From an uncultured Bacteroidota bacterium (GTDB lineage Bacteria > Bacteroidota > Ignavibacteria > Ignavibacteriales > Ignavibacteriaceae), in the NCBI GenBank assembly GCA_963782475.1, contig CAWAJW010000018.1, forward strand, positions 10,697 through 74,696: a stretch of 64,000 bases of DNA, read 5' to 3'. This document shows, piece after piece, positions 22,607 to 33,158 of this stretch. The notes under the pieces were generated by a model. That model worked only from the letters and a program-made list of their open reading frames with translations, was not told the DNA's origin and searched no databases. The position numbers and the translations under genes are program-made. Position 1 is the stretch's first letter. Every line of letters begins with the position of its first letter.

Positions 22607-25321
22607 ATGGTTTACTTTAGAAAAATAACCTTAATAATATTTCTTTTGCCATTTATAATCTATTCACAAACAATTCGTACTATCACAGTACCAACAAGAA
22701 CTCAGAATCTTCCATTTGGTCTGACCCGCCAGGTTCCGGAATTTTATCCCAAGATAGCTATAGCATTGAGCGGCGGCGGTGCCAGGGGTTTATCACAAAT
22801 CGGTGTTTTAACTGCCCTCGAAGAAAGTAATATTCCAATTGAAATCATTGTCGGTACCAGTATGGGGAGCGTTATCGGCGGACTTTATTCTTCCGGTTAC
22901 AGCTTAAAGCAGATCGACTCCATTGCAGAAAATACCAACTGGGATGCAATTCTCGCTCCTTCCAGGGAAACAGATAGAAAAGAATTATTTGTTGATCAGA
23001 AAATTACCGAAGACAAAGCAATTTTTGCATTAAGGCTGAAAGGATTTACGCCTGAAATTCCCACATCAATTAATAACGGGCTTCGGTTGTCAAATTATTT
23101 AAATACACTTGTTTTACAGGCACCGGTTCATATAAAAAACAGCTTTGATGATTTGAGATACAGTTTTAGAGCAGTTTGTACCAACCTGGTTTCGGGAGCA
23201 CCGGTTGTGCTGCAAAAAGGATCTTTAACCCAGGCAATGCGTGCGAGTTCCAGTGTGTCCTTTTTACTTTCTCCGGTTAAAATTGATTCTTCAATTTTAG
23301 TTGACGGCGGTTTAGTTGCCAACATACCTGTAAAATTCGCTTTTAATGCAGGGGGAAGTTTCGTGATTGCCGTAAATACTACCAGCAGGCTGCATTCCAA
23401 ATCAGAGCTCGAATTCCCATGGATGGTTGCCGATCAAATTATAAGCATTCCAATGAAGCTCTTAAATAAAGAACAGCTGGATAGTGCCAGTGTTGTTATC
23501 AGGCCGACTCTTTTTGGCAGAGGAGCAGATGATTTTGCCGATTTAAGCTCCTTGATAAAATTGGGCTACTCATCAGCATTGAATGAAGTTGAGAAGATTA
23601 AAGAAAAGATCGATTCTTGCTATAATAGAAACTTGGAACAAGCTGAGAAAAAATACTTTATTAAAGTTCCGATTCTGGAAAACAGTTTTTCAATTGCCGA
23701 TTATCCATCTCTTGTTAAATTGGCTTATAAGGATTCAATATCGAATTATGAAATAATCAAACTAATGGGCCAATTGATGGAAAGCGGCGATTACAAAAGT
23801 GTAAAAGCTCAAACCACGGAATATGAAAACAGATCAAAAATAAAATTTTTTCTTGAAAAAAATCCTTTAATAAAAAAAGTAAATTTATTCGGTATTTCAT
23901 TAATAAATAAAGGAGTCTCCGATTCAGTTTTTCTTCCGCTGATTGACAGGCCGTTCAATGGTGAAAAAATATATTTAAAAATTGTCAAGCTGCTTGAAAT
24001 CTACAGACAGCTCGGATATTCTTTGGCCAATCTCGAAAAATATGATTTTGATCCGAAGGAGGGAATATTAAGTTTATATTTCGACGAAGGGGTGATTTCA
24101 AAAGTTATAGTTACGGGTAATGAATTTACAAAACAGAGCATCATACTTAGAGAATTTCCTTTAACCAAAGGAAATTATTTCTCCATTAAAGAGGCTTCCG
24201 AGGGATTAATAAATTTAAGAAGTACAAATCTTTTTGACAATATTATAATAACAGTTAATAAAATAAATAACCAGAACATAATAAATATAAATGTTCTGGA
24301 AAAAGTTTCAAGCCTAATGAGAATTGGTTTCAGAGTTGATAATGAAGATAAATTTCAATTAAGCCTTGATATAAGAGATGAGAACCTGTTCGGTACCGGG
24401 ACAGAATTAGGTTTGCTTCTTTTTGGCGGAACCAGGAACAGGTCATATGTCCTTGAACATAAGTCTAATAGAATTTTTAATACTTACTTTACTTATAAAA
24501 TAAATGCATTCTACCAGTTTAATGATGCGTATACTTATAAGAATGATTCCACCATCTCCGATAGGGAATTCTCAAGATCAGTAAGCGGAGAATACAGGCA
24601 AATATATTATGGGACTTCGCTATCCTTGGGAACTCAGGTTGAAAGATTCGGAAATTTAATTTTCCAGGGTATTTATAAATTTGACCAGGTAAAAATTAAG
24701 CAGGGAGAAACTCCAGGTATCAATGCTTATAAATACAAAATTGTAAGCCTAAAGGCCAGTTCAACAATAGATACACAGGATAAATATCCTTTCCCGGATA
24801 AAGGTTTTTATTTTACAGGTTTTTATGAAACGGCACAAACAGCGCTGGGAAGTGATTTGGGTTATGTTAATGCCGGTTTTAATTATAGAAGCTATATTAC
24901 TTTAGGAAAAGTTCATACATTTTCTCCAAGAATCAGGATGGGATTCGCAGATAAAACACTTCCTATAAGCGAACAGTATTCGCTTGGCGGTCAGGACATA
25001 TTCTATGGAATGCAAAAGGATGAATATAGAGGGAGGCAGATTTTCTTAACTTCTCTTGAATATAGGTACAAGCTTCCTTTTGAGATCTTTTTTGATACTT
25101 ATTTTAGTATGAGATATGATTTAGGTTATGTTTGGCCTGAACAGGAGCAGATAAGATTTAAAGATTTGCACCATGGAATAGGAACAAGCATATCCTTTGA
25201 TACTCCAATTGGTCCTGCAAAATTTTCTGTCGGGAAGAGTTTTTTATTTGAAAAAAGCAGCGGAAATCCTGTTGTTTGGGGAGAGACTATATTCTATTTC
25301 TCAATCGGCTATTATTATTGA
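22607..25321 (+). CDS. patatin-like phospholipase fused to POTRA + Omp85-type beta-barrel (PlpD-like, type Vd secretion architecture)
   Basis: Signal peptide present. Patatin motifs SGGGARG, GTSMGS (GxSxG) and VDGGLV (catalytic Asp). The C-terminal ~350 aa are rich in beta-strands and end in the aromatic ...FSIGYYY, like surface-antigen (D15/BamA) barrels. Confidence 0.8.
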   Translation: MVYFRKITLIIFLLPFIIYSQTIRTITVPTRTQNLPFGLTRQVPEFYPKIAIALSGGGARGLSQIGVLTALEESNIPIEIIVGTSMGSVIGGLYSSGYSLKQIDSIAENTNWDAILAPSRETDRKELFVDQKITEDKAIFALRLKGFTPEIPTSINNGLRLSNYLNTLVLQAPVHIKNSFDDLRYSFRAVCTNLVSGAPVVLQKGSLTQAMRASSSVSFLLSPVKIDSSILVDGGLVANIPVKFAFNAGGSFVIAVNTTSRLHSKSELEFPWMVADQIISIPMKLLNKEQLDSASVVIRPTLFGRGADDFADLSSLIKLGYSSALNEVEKIKEKIDSCYNRNLEQAEKKYFIKVPILENSFSIADYPSLVKLAYKDSISNYEIIKLMGQLMESGDYKSVKAQTTEYENRSKIKFFLEKNPLIKKVNLFGISLINKGVSDSVFLPLIDRPFNGEKIYLKIVKLLEIYRQLGYSLANLEKYDFDPKEGILSLYFDEGVISKVIVTGNEFTKQSIILREFPLTKGNYFSIKEASEGLINLRSTNLFDNIIITVNKINNQNIININVLEKVSSLMRIGFRVDNEDKFQLSLDIRDENLFGTGTELGLLLFGGTRNRSYVLEHKSNRIFNTYFTYKINAFYQFNDAYTYKNDSTISDREFSRSVSGEYRQIYYGTSLSLGTQVERFGNLIFQGIYKFDQVKIKQGETPGINAYKYKIVSLKASSTIDTQDKYPFPDKGFYFTGFYETAQTALGSDLGYVNAGFNYRSYITLGKVHTFSPRIRMGFADKTLPISEQYSLGGQDIFYGMQKDEYRGRQIFLTSLEYRYKLPFEIFFDTYFSMRYDLGYVWPEQEQIRFKDLHHGIGTSISFDTPIGPAKFSVGKSFLFEKSSGNPVVWGETIFYFSIGYYY

Positions 25322-25349
25322 AGAAATCCACAATTATTCTTTATTCAGC

Positions 25350-25892
25350 TTATTCTCCTTTCTCCAGATATTCCTCTCCTCTTTTTTGATAAACTCTTCC
25401 TGTTTCGATATCACCGATTCTTCCATAGAGTTTTGCTATAAGGAAGCTTAGCCTGCTTTTTTCCTTAACATTTTGAAAACCATTTTCAATAAAATCGACT
25501 ACCTTATCAAAAGGGGGTAAATCATATTCTTTATTATACATTTCGGAAATGATAATATATGGTTCAATTGAAGCATTATCCGACTTTGCTGCTTTTTTAA
25601 TATAGCCGAATGCTTTTTCTTTATTCTGTCCATATAATGAATTTGCATCTAAAATTTTTGCAACAGTCAAATAAATATCAAAGGAAAACTCCGGTATTTC
25701 TTTGCATATTTTCTCTGCAAACATTATAATTTCATCAATAGATAATGCTTTGTTCCACAGAAGGGCATTATACAGGGCAATGTCTTTGATCTGTTTATTA
25801 ATTGCTATCCCGAAATTATCAAAAAGTTCATCCTGGGAATTTGAAAATTGGAATACCTTTCCGATCTCCTTATCTAAGCTTTTAGTCTCCAT
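25350..25892 (-). CDS. hypothetical cytoplasmic helical (TPR-like?) protein
   Basis: 180-aa ORF convergent with the patatin gene. It has no signal peptide and no recognisable catalytic motif. Confidence 0.4.
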   Translation of the reverse strand: METKSLDKEIGKVFQFSNSQDELFDNFGIAINKQIKDIALYNALLWNKALSIDEIIMFAEKICKEIPEFSFDIYLTVAKILDANSLYGQNKEKAFGYIKKAAKSDNASIEPYIIISEMYNKEYDLPPFDKVVDFIENGFQNVKEKSRLSFLIAKLYGRIGDIETGRVYQKRGEEYLEKGE

Positions 25893-26022
25893 AATTTATC
25901 TTTATTTATTTCCTTAAAACATATATAACAAAATTTTAGTAATTATTATACAAATTCAACAGCAAGATTGCTGTACTATTTTTTACAAATAACCTCAATT
26001 TTCAAAAACATAAATTTTACAG

Positions 26023-26072
26023 ATTACAAACAATTAACCAATTTTTAACATTTACTTAATACTAAGTTAACA
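26023..26072 (+). promoter_or_regulatory. five 11-bp-phased TTAACA-like hexamers (Pho-box-like) upstream of the porin-pstSCAB operon
   Basis: ATTACA at 26023, TTAACC at 26034, TTAACA at 26045, TTAATA at 26056 and TTAACA at 26067, with exact 11-bp spacing. The array ends 72 nt before the porin ATG (26144). Confidence 0.5.
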
Positions 26073-26143
26073 TTGAGATAATATTGACCTCCTATTTTTA
26101 CGAGACTATTAACTATTTAATTAATAAAAAGGTGCTTAAAACT

Positions 26144-27175
26144 ATGAAAAAACCAAACTATTTCTTGTTCTCTCAATCCTTTTGTTATTTGGAACAGCTG
26201 ATATTTATTCCCAGGCAAAGTTCAGCGGACTTATGTTCGGTGATTATTTCTATAATGCTGCGGCGCATGATTCGACGCAGAAGAATTTTAATGGCTTTCA
26301 GTTTAGGAGAATTTATATAACTACCGACTATGCAATATCCGACAATTTTTCTACCCGTTTTCGGCTTGAGGCTGATCAGGGGGAAATAACCAATAATGGT
26401 AAAATTACAACTATGGTGAAAGATGCATGGTTAAAATGGAAAGACATTTTTTCCGGCTCAGATCTTATTTTCGGTATTTCTCCGACACCTGCTTTTGATG
26501 TTTCGGAAGGTGCCTGGGGACATCGTTACCTGGAAAAAACTATTATGGATTTAGATGGAATCGTCCCATCACGTGATCTCGGTATTGATTTGAAAGGTAA
26601 ATTTACCGAAAGCGGTAGTGCAAAATACTGGGTTAAAATTGGGAACGGATCAGGCAATTCACCTGAAACCAACAAAGACAAAAGGGTCTACGGTTTACTG
26701 GAATTTGATCCCTCACCTGAATTATTAATTACTGTTTATGGAGATTATGCTTCCAATCCGCAGGTAGCTGATAAAGATGTGAATGCTTTTGTAGGAGCTG
26801 GCTTCATTAACTTTAAACAAAAAGGAAAATTTTCAATTGGCCTTGAAGGCTTTATAAAATCGCAGCAAAATAGCTACAAGCCTCCGGCAGGTTCTCTCGG
26901 TTCTAAATCTTCCATTAGGTATCTCTGTATGGGCTTATGCTAATCTAAGTGATAAAACTCAAATAGTCGGACGTTTCGATACATACGATCCTAATACTAA
27001 CTCAAATTCAAATAAGGATGGTAAAAATTTAATCCTTGCCGGTTTTCAATTTAACCCGGTTGAACATGTTAGTATTACTCCTAACGTTGAAATATTTACT
27101 TATCAAGCTGATTCTCCTAATCACGGGGATAGCAGTGATATAATACCAAGGATCACTTTTTACTGGGAATTTTAA
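26144..27175 (+). CDS. outer-membrane porin upstream of pstS (possibly phosphate-scavenging), two frameshifts as assembled
   Basis: ATG at 26144, with an indel in the A6 run (26147-26152). Correcting it gives MKK.KLFLVLSILLLFGTADIYSQA (signal peptide), joining ORF 26182..26943. A further shift near 26900-26920 continues the frame to 27175, ending ...RITFYWEF (C-terminal Phe typical of OMP barrels). Confidence 0.65.
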
Positions 27176-27230
27176 TAGTAGATATTTTTTATTAAATCAA
27201 ATTTCTATAATTTAAATAAGGATGATAATT

Positions 27231-28274
27231 ATGAAGTTCAAAATATTTTTGTTACTGTTATTAACCGCAGGTATCTTTTCGATAAATTCAATTGCTCAGG
27301 TCAAACTTACCGGAGCCGGTTCAACGTTCGATTATCCAATCTTTTCTAAATGGTTCGATACATATCATAAAGCAACCGGAGTAGAAATTAATTATGCTTC
27401 TATCGGCAGCGGCGGCGGTATTCGCCAGGTTACCGAAGGAACTGTCGATTTTGGCGCTTCCGATGCTCCTTTGACACAGGAACAAAAAGATGCATTTGAA
27501 AAAGCCAGAGGAAGCGAAGTTGTTCATATTCCAATAATAATGGGGGGAGTTGCAATTACTTATAACCTTCCCTCTGTCGGTCAAGGGATTAAGCTTGACG
27601 GGGAGACACTTGCTGATATTTATCTTGGAACAATTACTAAATGGAACGACCCTAAAATTGTGAAGATGAATCCTGATAAAAATTTACCGAATAAAGCAAT
27701 TATAGTTGCACATCGTTCTGATGGCAGCGGCACAACTTTTATATTTACCAGTTATTTAACGAAAGTTAGTCCGGAATGGGCAAAGAAAGTTGGTAACAGC
27801 ACCGCTGTTAATTGGCCGGTTGGTCTTGGTGCAAAGGGAACAGAGGGGGTTGCCGGAATTATTGCCCAGACACAAGGCGCCATCGGGTATATCGAATTAG
27901 CTTATGCAAAACAGAATAAACTGCCTTACTGCCTAATGAAAAATAAAGCAGGTAATTATATTGATGTAAACTTTAATACTGTATCCGATGCAGCAGCAGG
28001 GGCAGCGAAAAATATGCCCGAAGATTTGACTGCTGTTATTACAAATTCTGACGGTAAAAATTCTTATCCGATTTGCGGATTTTCATGGGTCGTTATACCC
28101 AAAGATATAAAAGACCGCTCACATGCCGAAGCGCTTATTAAATTTTTGAAATGGGGTGTAACAAAAGGACAGGACGATGCAACCGGATTATTTTATGCTC
28201 CTCTTCCAAAAGTTGTTCAGAAATTAGATCTAGAAAAATTAAATACAATAACAAGTAACGGAAAGAAACTTTAA
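27231..28274 (+). CDS. pstS: phosphate ABC transporter substrate-binding protein PstS
   Basis: Signal peptide MKFKIFLLLLLTAGIFSINSIAQ. Contains GAGSTF, SIGSGGGIRQV and HRSDGSGTT motifs. The ATG at 27231 has better SD spacing (aagga) than the one at 27222. Confidence 0.92.
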   Translation: MKFKIFLLLLLTAGIFSINSIAQVKLTGAGSTFDYPIFSKWFDTYHKATGVEINYASIGSGGGIRQVTEGTVDFGASDAPLTQEQKDAFEKARGSEVVHIPIIMGGVAITYNLPSVGQGIKLDGETLADIYLGTITKWNDPKIVKMNPDKNLPNKAIIVAHRSDGSGTTFIFTSYLTKVSPEWAKKVGNSTAVNWPVGLGAKGTEGVAGIIAQTQGAIGYIELAYAKQNKLPYCLMKNKAGNYIDVNFNTVSDAAAGAAKNMPEDLTAVITNSDGKNSYPICGFSWVVIPKDIKDRSHAEALIKFLKWGVTKGQDDATGLFYAPLPKVVQKLDLEKLNTITSNGKKL

Positions 28275-28288
28275 TACCGAATTATTAA

Positions 28289-29317
28289 GTGGAAAGTGAA
28301 AAAAAAAGTGATTCGTTCGAGAAAGTTCAAAATTATTTTAAGAAGAGTAAAGAAAAATCAAGCTTAAAAAGTAATTCACTCTTAAATAAAATATTGGGGA
28401 ATAATAACCTCGGCGATATAATTTTTGAAAGACTAACATTGTTTTTTGCAGTGTTAGTCTTTCTGCTCATAGTCTTTATGGGATGGGAGATGTATTCTCA
28501 TTCTATCCTTTCCATAAAGAAGTTCGGATTTGGATTTTTAATATCGTCAGTCTGGGATCCGTATTCAGAGGTATTTGGAGCTCTTCCTGTTATATACGGA
28601 ACGATAGTTTCCTCATTGCTTGGGCTTTTAATTTCTATTCCGCTTGGCCTTGGTGTTGCAATGTTCCTATCCGAGCTTGCGCCGGCATGGCTTGAAAGAC
28701 CCCTTTCTTTTTTAACAGAATTACTTGCCGGGATCCCTAGTGTAATTTATGGTTTGTGGGGTATATTTGTCCTGGTCCCATGGCTTCGCGATAGTGTAGA
28801 GCCATTCCTCCAAAACCAATTTCCCGACTCACCTTTTTTTCAAGGTGCTCCATATGGTTTTGGAATGCTTGCAGCAGCACTGATTCTTTCGATTATGGTT
28901 CTGCCCATTATTTCCTCCATTTCACGCGACATTTTTAAATCGGTGCCTGTTTCTCAACGTGAAGCTGCATATGCATTGGGTGCAACGAAATGGGAGGTGA
29001 CCAAAATTGTTATGAGCAATGCAAGATCAGGTGTGCTCGGTGCAATTATGCTGGGCTTTGGAAGAGCTATCGGCGAGACAATGGCGGTAACAATGGTAAT
29101 CGGAAACCGGCCGGAAATTTCTGCTTCATTATTTAGCCCGGGCTATACAATGGCAAGTGTACTTGCAAATGAATTTACTGAAGCAACTTCGGATTTATAT
29201 TTGAATGCTTTAATTGAACTGGCTCTGGTGCTTTTCATAATTACTATCATTATTAATATTTTTGCACGTTTACTTGTTTGGAGCACTGAACGGAAATGGA
29301 AGTTAAATCCGGCATAA
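28289..29317 (+). CDS. pstC: phosphate ABC transporter permease PstC
   Basis: Multi-TM protein with the EAA-type loop REAAYALGATKWEV. Lies between pstS and pstA. Confidence 0.9.
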   Translation: MESEKKSDSFEKVQNYFKKSKEKSSLKSNSLLNKILGNNNLGDIIFERLTLFFAVLVFLLIVFMGWEMYSHSILSIKKFGFGFLISSVWDPYSEVFGALPVIYGTIVSSLLGLLISIPLGLGVAMFLSELAPAWLERPLSFLTELLAGIPSVIYGLWGIFVLVPWLRDSVEPFLQNQFPDSPFFQGAPYGFGMLAAALILSIMVLPIISSISRDIFKSVPVSQREAAYALGATKWEVTKIVMSNARSGVLGAIMLGFGRAIGETMAVTMVIGNRPEISASLFSPGYTMASVLANEFTEATSDLYLNALIELALVLFIITIIINIFARLLVWSTERKWKLNPA

Positions 29318-30159
29318 AGAAATTTTCAACTTTAAGAAGGAAAACAACTAACGTTATTATGTTGTCGCTTTCCTTATTATCTGCACTTGTAACATTGGTG
29401 CCGTTAATATTCATTTTCTATTATACTATTTCAAAAGGCATATCAAATCTAAATATAGATTTTTTTACAAAATTACCTACACCTGTCGGTGAATCAGGCG
29501 GCGGAATGGTAAATGCAATAGTCGGAACTTTGATCTTAATTGGAATAGGAGGGGGGATCGGGATTCCGGTTGGTCTCTTTACCGGTACTTATCTGGCAGA
29601 GTTTGGAAACAACAAATTCGGTGCAACTGTCAGATTTCTTACCGATGTATTAAGCGGGATTCCGTCAATTGTGGTAGGTGTAGTTGCTTACACATTAGTT
29701 GTTTTGCCAATGAAAAGCTTTTCGGCATTAGCAGGCGGTGTAGCCCTGGCAATCCTGATGATTCCAACTATAATCAGAACTACAGAAGAAATGATCAAAT
29801 TAGTCCCTCAATCTTATAGAGAAGCGGGACTTGGACTTGGAATTCCGAAATGGAAAACTATTTTACTAATAGTTCTTAAAACTGCATGGAAGGGAATTGC
29901 AACCGGAATTCTACTTGGACTTTCGAGAGCAGCCGGTGAAACAGCTCCGCTTCTATTTACTGCCTTAGCCAATAGATTCTGGTCGACTAATATTTTCCAG
30001 CCGATTGCTTCACTTTCTGTTTATATTTATCAATATGCATCTGCCCCATACAAGGATTGGAATGATCAGGCATGGACTGCTGCTTTGGTTTTAATTCTAT
30101 TAATCTCTTTACTCAGCTTAATCTTTAGATTTATCACCCGTTCTAAATACAAGACATAA
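29296..30159 (+). CDS. pstA: phosphate ABC transporter permease PstA
   Basis: Multi-TM protein with the loop REAGLGLGIPKWKT. Overlaps pstC by 22 nt. Confidence 0.9.
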   Translation: MEVKSGIKKFSTLRRKTTNVIMLSLSLLSALVTLVPLIFIFYYTISKGISNLNIDFFTKLPTPVGESGGGMVNAIVGTLILIGIGGGIGIPVGLFTGTYLAEFGNNKFGATVRFLTDVLSGIPSIVVGVVAYTLVVLPMKSFSALAGGVALAILMIPTIIRTTEEMIKLVPQSYREAGLGLGIPKWKTILLIVLKTAWKGIATGILLGLSRAAGETAPLLFTALANRFWSTNIFQPIASLSVYIYQYASAPYKDWNDQAWTAALVLILLISLLSLIFRFITRSKYKT

Positions 30160-30165
30160 ATTAAA

Positions 30166-30975
30166 ATGAAGATAAGTGAAGATATGGATTTATCTGTTCC
30201 CGTTAAAAAAAATATTCAGCATCATACTATTAGTAAAATTTCCGTTAGAAATTTAGATGCATACTTTGGAAAATTAAGAGTTTTAAAAAATATTTCTATT
30301 GAAATCCCGGAGAATAAAGTCCTAGCCATAATTGGACCATCCGGCTGCGGAAAGTCTACTTTTTTGAGAAGCTTAAACCGGATGCATGAAGTTGTCGGCG
30401 GGACAATATCGGGCAGTATAATGCTGGATGGTGAAGATATAATGCCCCTTAACCCGGTTTACTTAAGAAGAAAAGTCGGAATGATTTTTCAGAAGCCTAA
30501 TCCGTTTCCGACTATGTCTGTATTTAATAATGTAATTGCCGGTTTAAAGCTAAACGGTTTTAGGAACAGGAAAGCATTAAAAGAAATTGTTGAACGATGC
30601 TTAAGGAAGGCTGCACTATGGGATGAAGTAAAAGATAATTTAAATGATTCAGGCGCCAACTTATCCGGCGGGCAGCAGCAGCGGCTTTGTATTGCACGCA
30701 CACTTGCCGTAGAACCGGAAGTTATTCTAATGGACGAGCCTGCTAGCGCCCTCGATCCCATTTCAACAAGCAAAATTGAGGAGTTAATTTTTGAACTAAA
30801 GAAGAATTATACAATTGTAATTGTAACCCACAATATGCAGCAGGCTGCAAGGGTAAGTGATAATACTGCTTTTTTTCTGCTCGGTGAACTTGTTGAATCC
30901 GATAAAACTACTAAAATATTTACCAATCCTAAAAATAGACATACGGAAGATTATGTAACAGGGAGATTCGGTTAA
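30166..30975 (+). CDS. pstB: phosphate ABC transporter ATP-binding protein PstB
   Basis: Walker [10 protein letters not shown], signature LSGGQQQRL, Walker [13 protein letters not shown]-loop THNMQQA. Confidence 0.95.
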   Translation: MKISEDMDLSVPVKKNIQHHTISKISVRNLDAYFGKLRVLKNISIEIPENKVLAIIGPSGCGKSTFLRSLNRMHEVVGGTISGSIMLDGEDIMPLNPVYLRRKVGMIFQKPNPFPTMSVFNNVIAGLKLNGFRNRKALKEIVERCLRKAALWDEVKDNLNDSGANLSGGQQQRLCIARTLAVEPEVILMDEPASALDPISTSKIEELIFELKKNYTIVIVTHNMQQAARVSDNTAFFLLGELVESDKTTKIFTNPKNRHTEDYVTGRFG

Positions 30976-31108
30976 TAGGATATCTTTATAAAATTTGAAG
31001 AAAAATATTAACTCCATATCTATATAATCTCTCCTTGAATAAAAACGTTTTTTTTGTATTTTACATCTAAATATCATTAAAATATTTAAACAATTAAATT
31101 ATTATTAA

Positions 31109-31609
31109 ATGAAAAAGAATAATAAGAGACCCTCCTGGGATGAATATTTTTTAAAGCTGGCTATGCTGGCATCGGAAAGAGCCACCTGCCCGAGAATGCA
31201 TTGCGGATGTGTTTTAGTAAGAGACAGGTTTGTTCTTGCAACAGGTTATAATGGTTCATTGCCGGGTCAGCCTCATTGTGAAGATGTCGGATGCCTTGTT
31301 GTGGATAACCATTGTGTAAGGACAAATCATGCAGAGATAAATGCGCTAACCCAGGCGGCGATCCATGGTGTTACTGTAAAAGGTTCAACTGCTTATATTA
31401 CTAATATGTCTTGTACAACCTGTGCTAAAGCTTTGATTGCTGCCGGATTAATAAGAGTAGTTGTATTCTCTGATTTTCACGATACTCTTGCCACTCAGTT
31501 TTATACCGATTCGGGGGTTGAAATAGTAAAACTCCCTATGCCTGATAGAATTATTAACTACGATATCGAGAAATATACTTCTGCAAGGAAAACAGCGAAA
31601 TCAAAATAG
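31109..31609 (+). CDS. deoxycytidylate (dCMP) deaminase, ComEB-type
   Basis: Zinc-binding cytidine/deoxycytidylate deaminase motifs HAEINAL and SCTTCAKAL. 166 aa. Confidence 0.85.
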   Translation: MKKNNKRPSWDEYFLKLAMLASERATCPRMHCGCVLVRDRFVLATGYNGSLPGQPHCEDVGCLVVDNHCVRTNHAEINALTQAAIHGVTVKGSTAYITNMSCTTCAKALIAAGLIRVVVFSDFHDTLATQFYTDSGVEIVKLPMPDRIINYDIEKYTSARKTAKSK

Positions 31610-31709
31610 AATTATTATTTTGACCAAAAAGCTTTCGAAGAAAGAGGAACAGCCTGCCCGGGAGGCGGCTATCCGGCGATTAAGAAAATAAAAATGTTGA
31701 GTAATTATT

Positions 31710-33158
31710 GTGAATTCGAAAAGGATTGTTTTATCCGTAGATCTGGGGGGTGAATCAGGCCGTGTAATGGAAGTAGGTTTTGACGGTAGAAGCCTTTGCC
31801 TTGATGAACTTCATCGATTCTCGAATGTACCTGCATTGGTTAACGGAACTTTATACTGGGATATTTTACGTCTCTGGAATGAAATAACAATTGGAATTGA
31901 AAAAGGGGAAAAAATTTCTAGCATAGGTGTAGATACCTGGGGTGTAGATTTTGTACTCCTGGATAATAATGATAATTTATTAGGCAATCCAGTACATCAC
32001 CGTGATAACAGAACTAATGGGATGATGGAAAAAGTATTTCAAAAAATCCCAAGGGAAGAAATATTTTATCAAACCGGCATCCAGTTCATGTCAATAAATA
32101 CTCTTTACCAGATTATGAGCCTTGTTGAGAAGGAGTCATCTATTCTCGCGGCTGCAAAAACATTTCTTACTCCCCCTGATTTACTAAATTTCTGGTTAAC
32201 CGGTTCAAAGGTATGCGAATTTACCAGTGCCACAACAACCCAGATGTATAACCCTCTCACAAATGCTTGGGCCTGGAAAATGATTAAAAAGCTAAATATT
32301 CCTGAAAAAATTTTCCCTGAAGTTGTTCAGCCGGGTACTAAAATCGGGCGGTATAAAGATATGGATGTTATTACAGTTGCTGCACATGATACGGGAAGTG
32401 CTGTGGCCGCTGTTCCTGTCAAATCGGATAATTTTGCTTATATAAGCAGCGGGACATGGAGCCTTGTGGGTCTGGAGCTTAATGAACCATTAATAAATGA
32501 AATTGCTTTGAAGGCTAATGTTACAAATGAAGGCGGTGTTTACGGAACTTACCGGTTATTAAAAAATGTAATGGGACTTTGGATTCTGCAGGAATGCCGC
32601 CGGACATGGGAATCGAAGGGGAAAAATTTATCCTATACAGAACTGATGAAAATGTCTTCCCTTGAAAAACCGCTCCGTTCCTTCATTGTCCCAAATGACC
32701 CTGTCTTCCTGCATCCGGGTAATCATCCTCAATATATCCAGGACTTCTGCAGGAAGACTTCACAGCCTGTGCCTAAAACGCCGGGTGCCGTTGTACGCTG
32801 TATCCTGGAAAGTCTTTCGCTGGCATATAATGATGTAATAAAGAAACTGGTCGAAATTTCCGGAAAGAAAGTTGAGATAGTACATATTGCCGGCGGGGGT
32901 TCAAGAAATAAATTGCTTAATCAATTTACTGCAAATGCAACGGGGCTGCCTGTTATTGCAGGGCCGTCAGAAGCAACTGTAATTGGGAATGCTGTAGTTC
33001 AGCTTATTACACTTGGAGAATTAGATTCTATCCGCGATGCAAGACAGATTATTTCAAATATGAAAGAATTAAAATATTATGAACCAGAGGAGAAAGAAAT
33101 TTGGGATGAAGCTTATGGAAGATATATAAATTTACCCGTTACCGATAATAAATTTTAA
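31710..33158 (+). CDS. rhaB: rhamnulokinase (FGGY carbohydrate kinase family)
   Basis: 482 aa with a GTG start. The N-terminus VDLGGESGRVM...LHRFSN.P...NGTLYWDI and the segments HDTGSAV and GGGSRN resemble rhamnulokinases. Confidence 0.75.
   Translation: MNSKRIVLSVDLGGESGRVMEVGFDGRSLCLDELHRFSNVPALVNGTLYWDILRLWNEITIGIEKGEKISSIGVDTWGVDFVLLDNNDNLLGNPVHHRDNRTNGMMEKVFQKIPREEIFYQTGIQFMSINTLYQIMSLVEKESSILAAAKTFLTPPDLLNFWLTGSKVCEFTSATTTQMYNPLTNAWAWKMIKKLNIPEKIFPEVVQPGTKIGRYKDMDVITVAAHDTGSAVAAVPVKSDNFAYISSGTWSLVGLELNEPLINEIALKANVTNEGGVYGTYRLLKNVMGLWILQECRRTWESKGKNLSYTELMKMSSLEKPLRSFIVPNDPVFLHPGNHPQYIQDFCRKTSQPVPKTPGAVVRCILESLSLAYNDVIKKLVEISGKKVEIVHIAGGGSRNKLLNQFTANATGLPVIAGPSEATVIGNAVVQLITLGELDSIRDARQIISNMKELKYYEPEEKEIWDEAYGRYINLPVTDNKF

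Noticed and set aside
26084-26320. 78-aa ORF upstream of and overlapping the porin ORF.
   Set aside because: It is not a separate gene. It contains the true porin start codon (26144) read in the wrong frame after the A-run indel.
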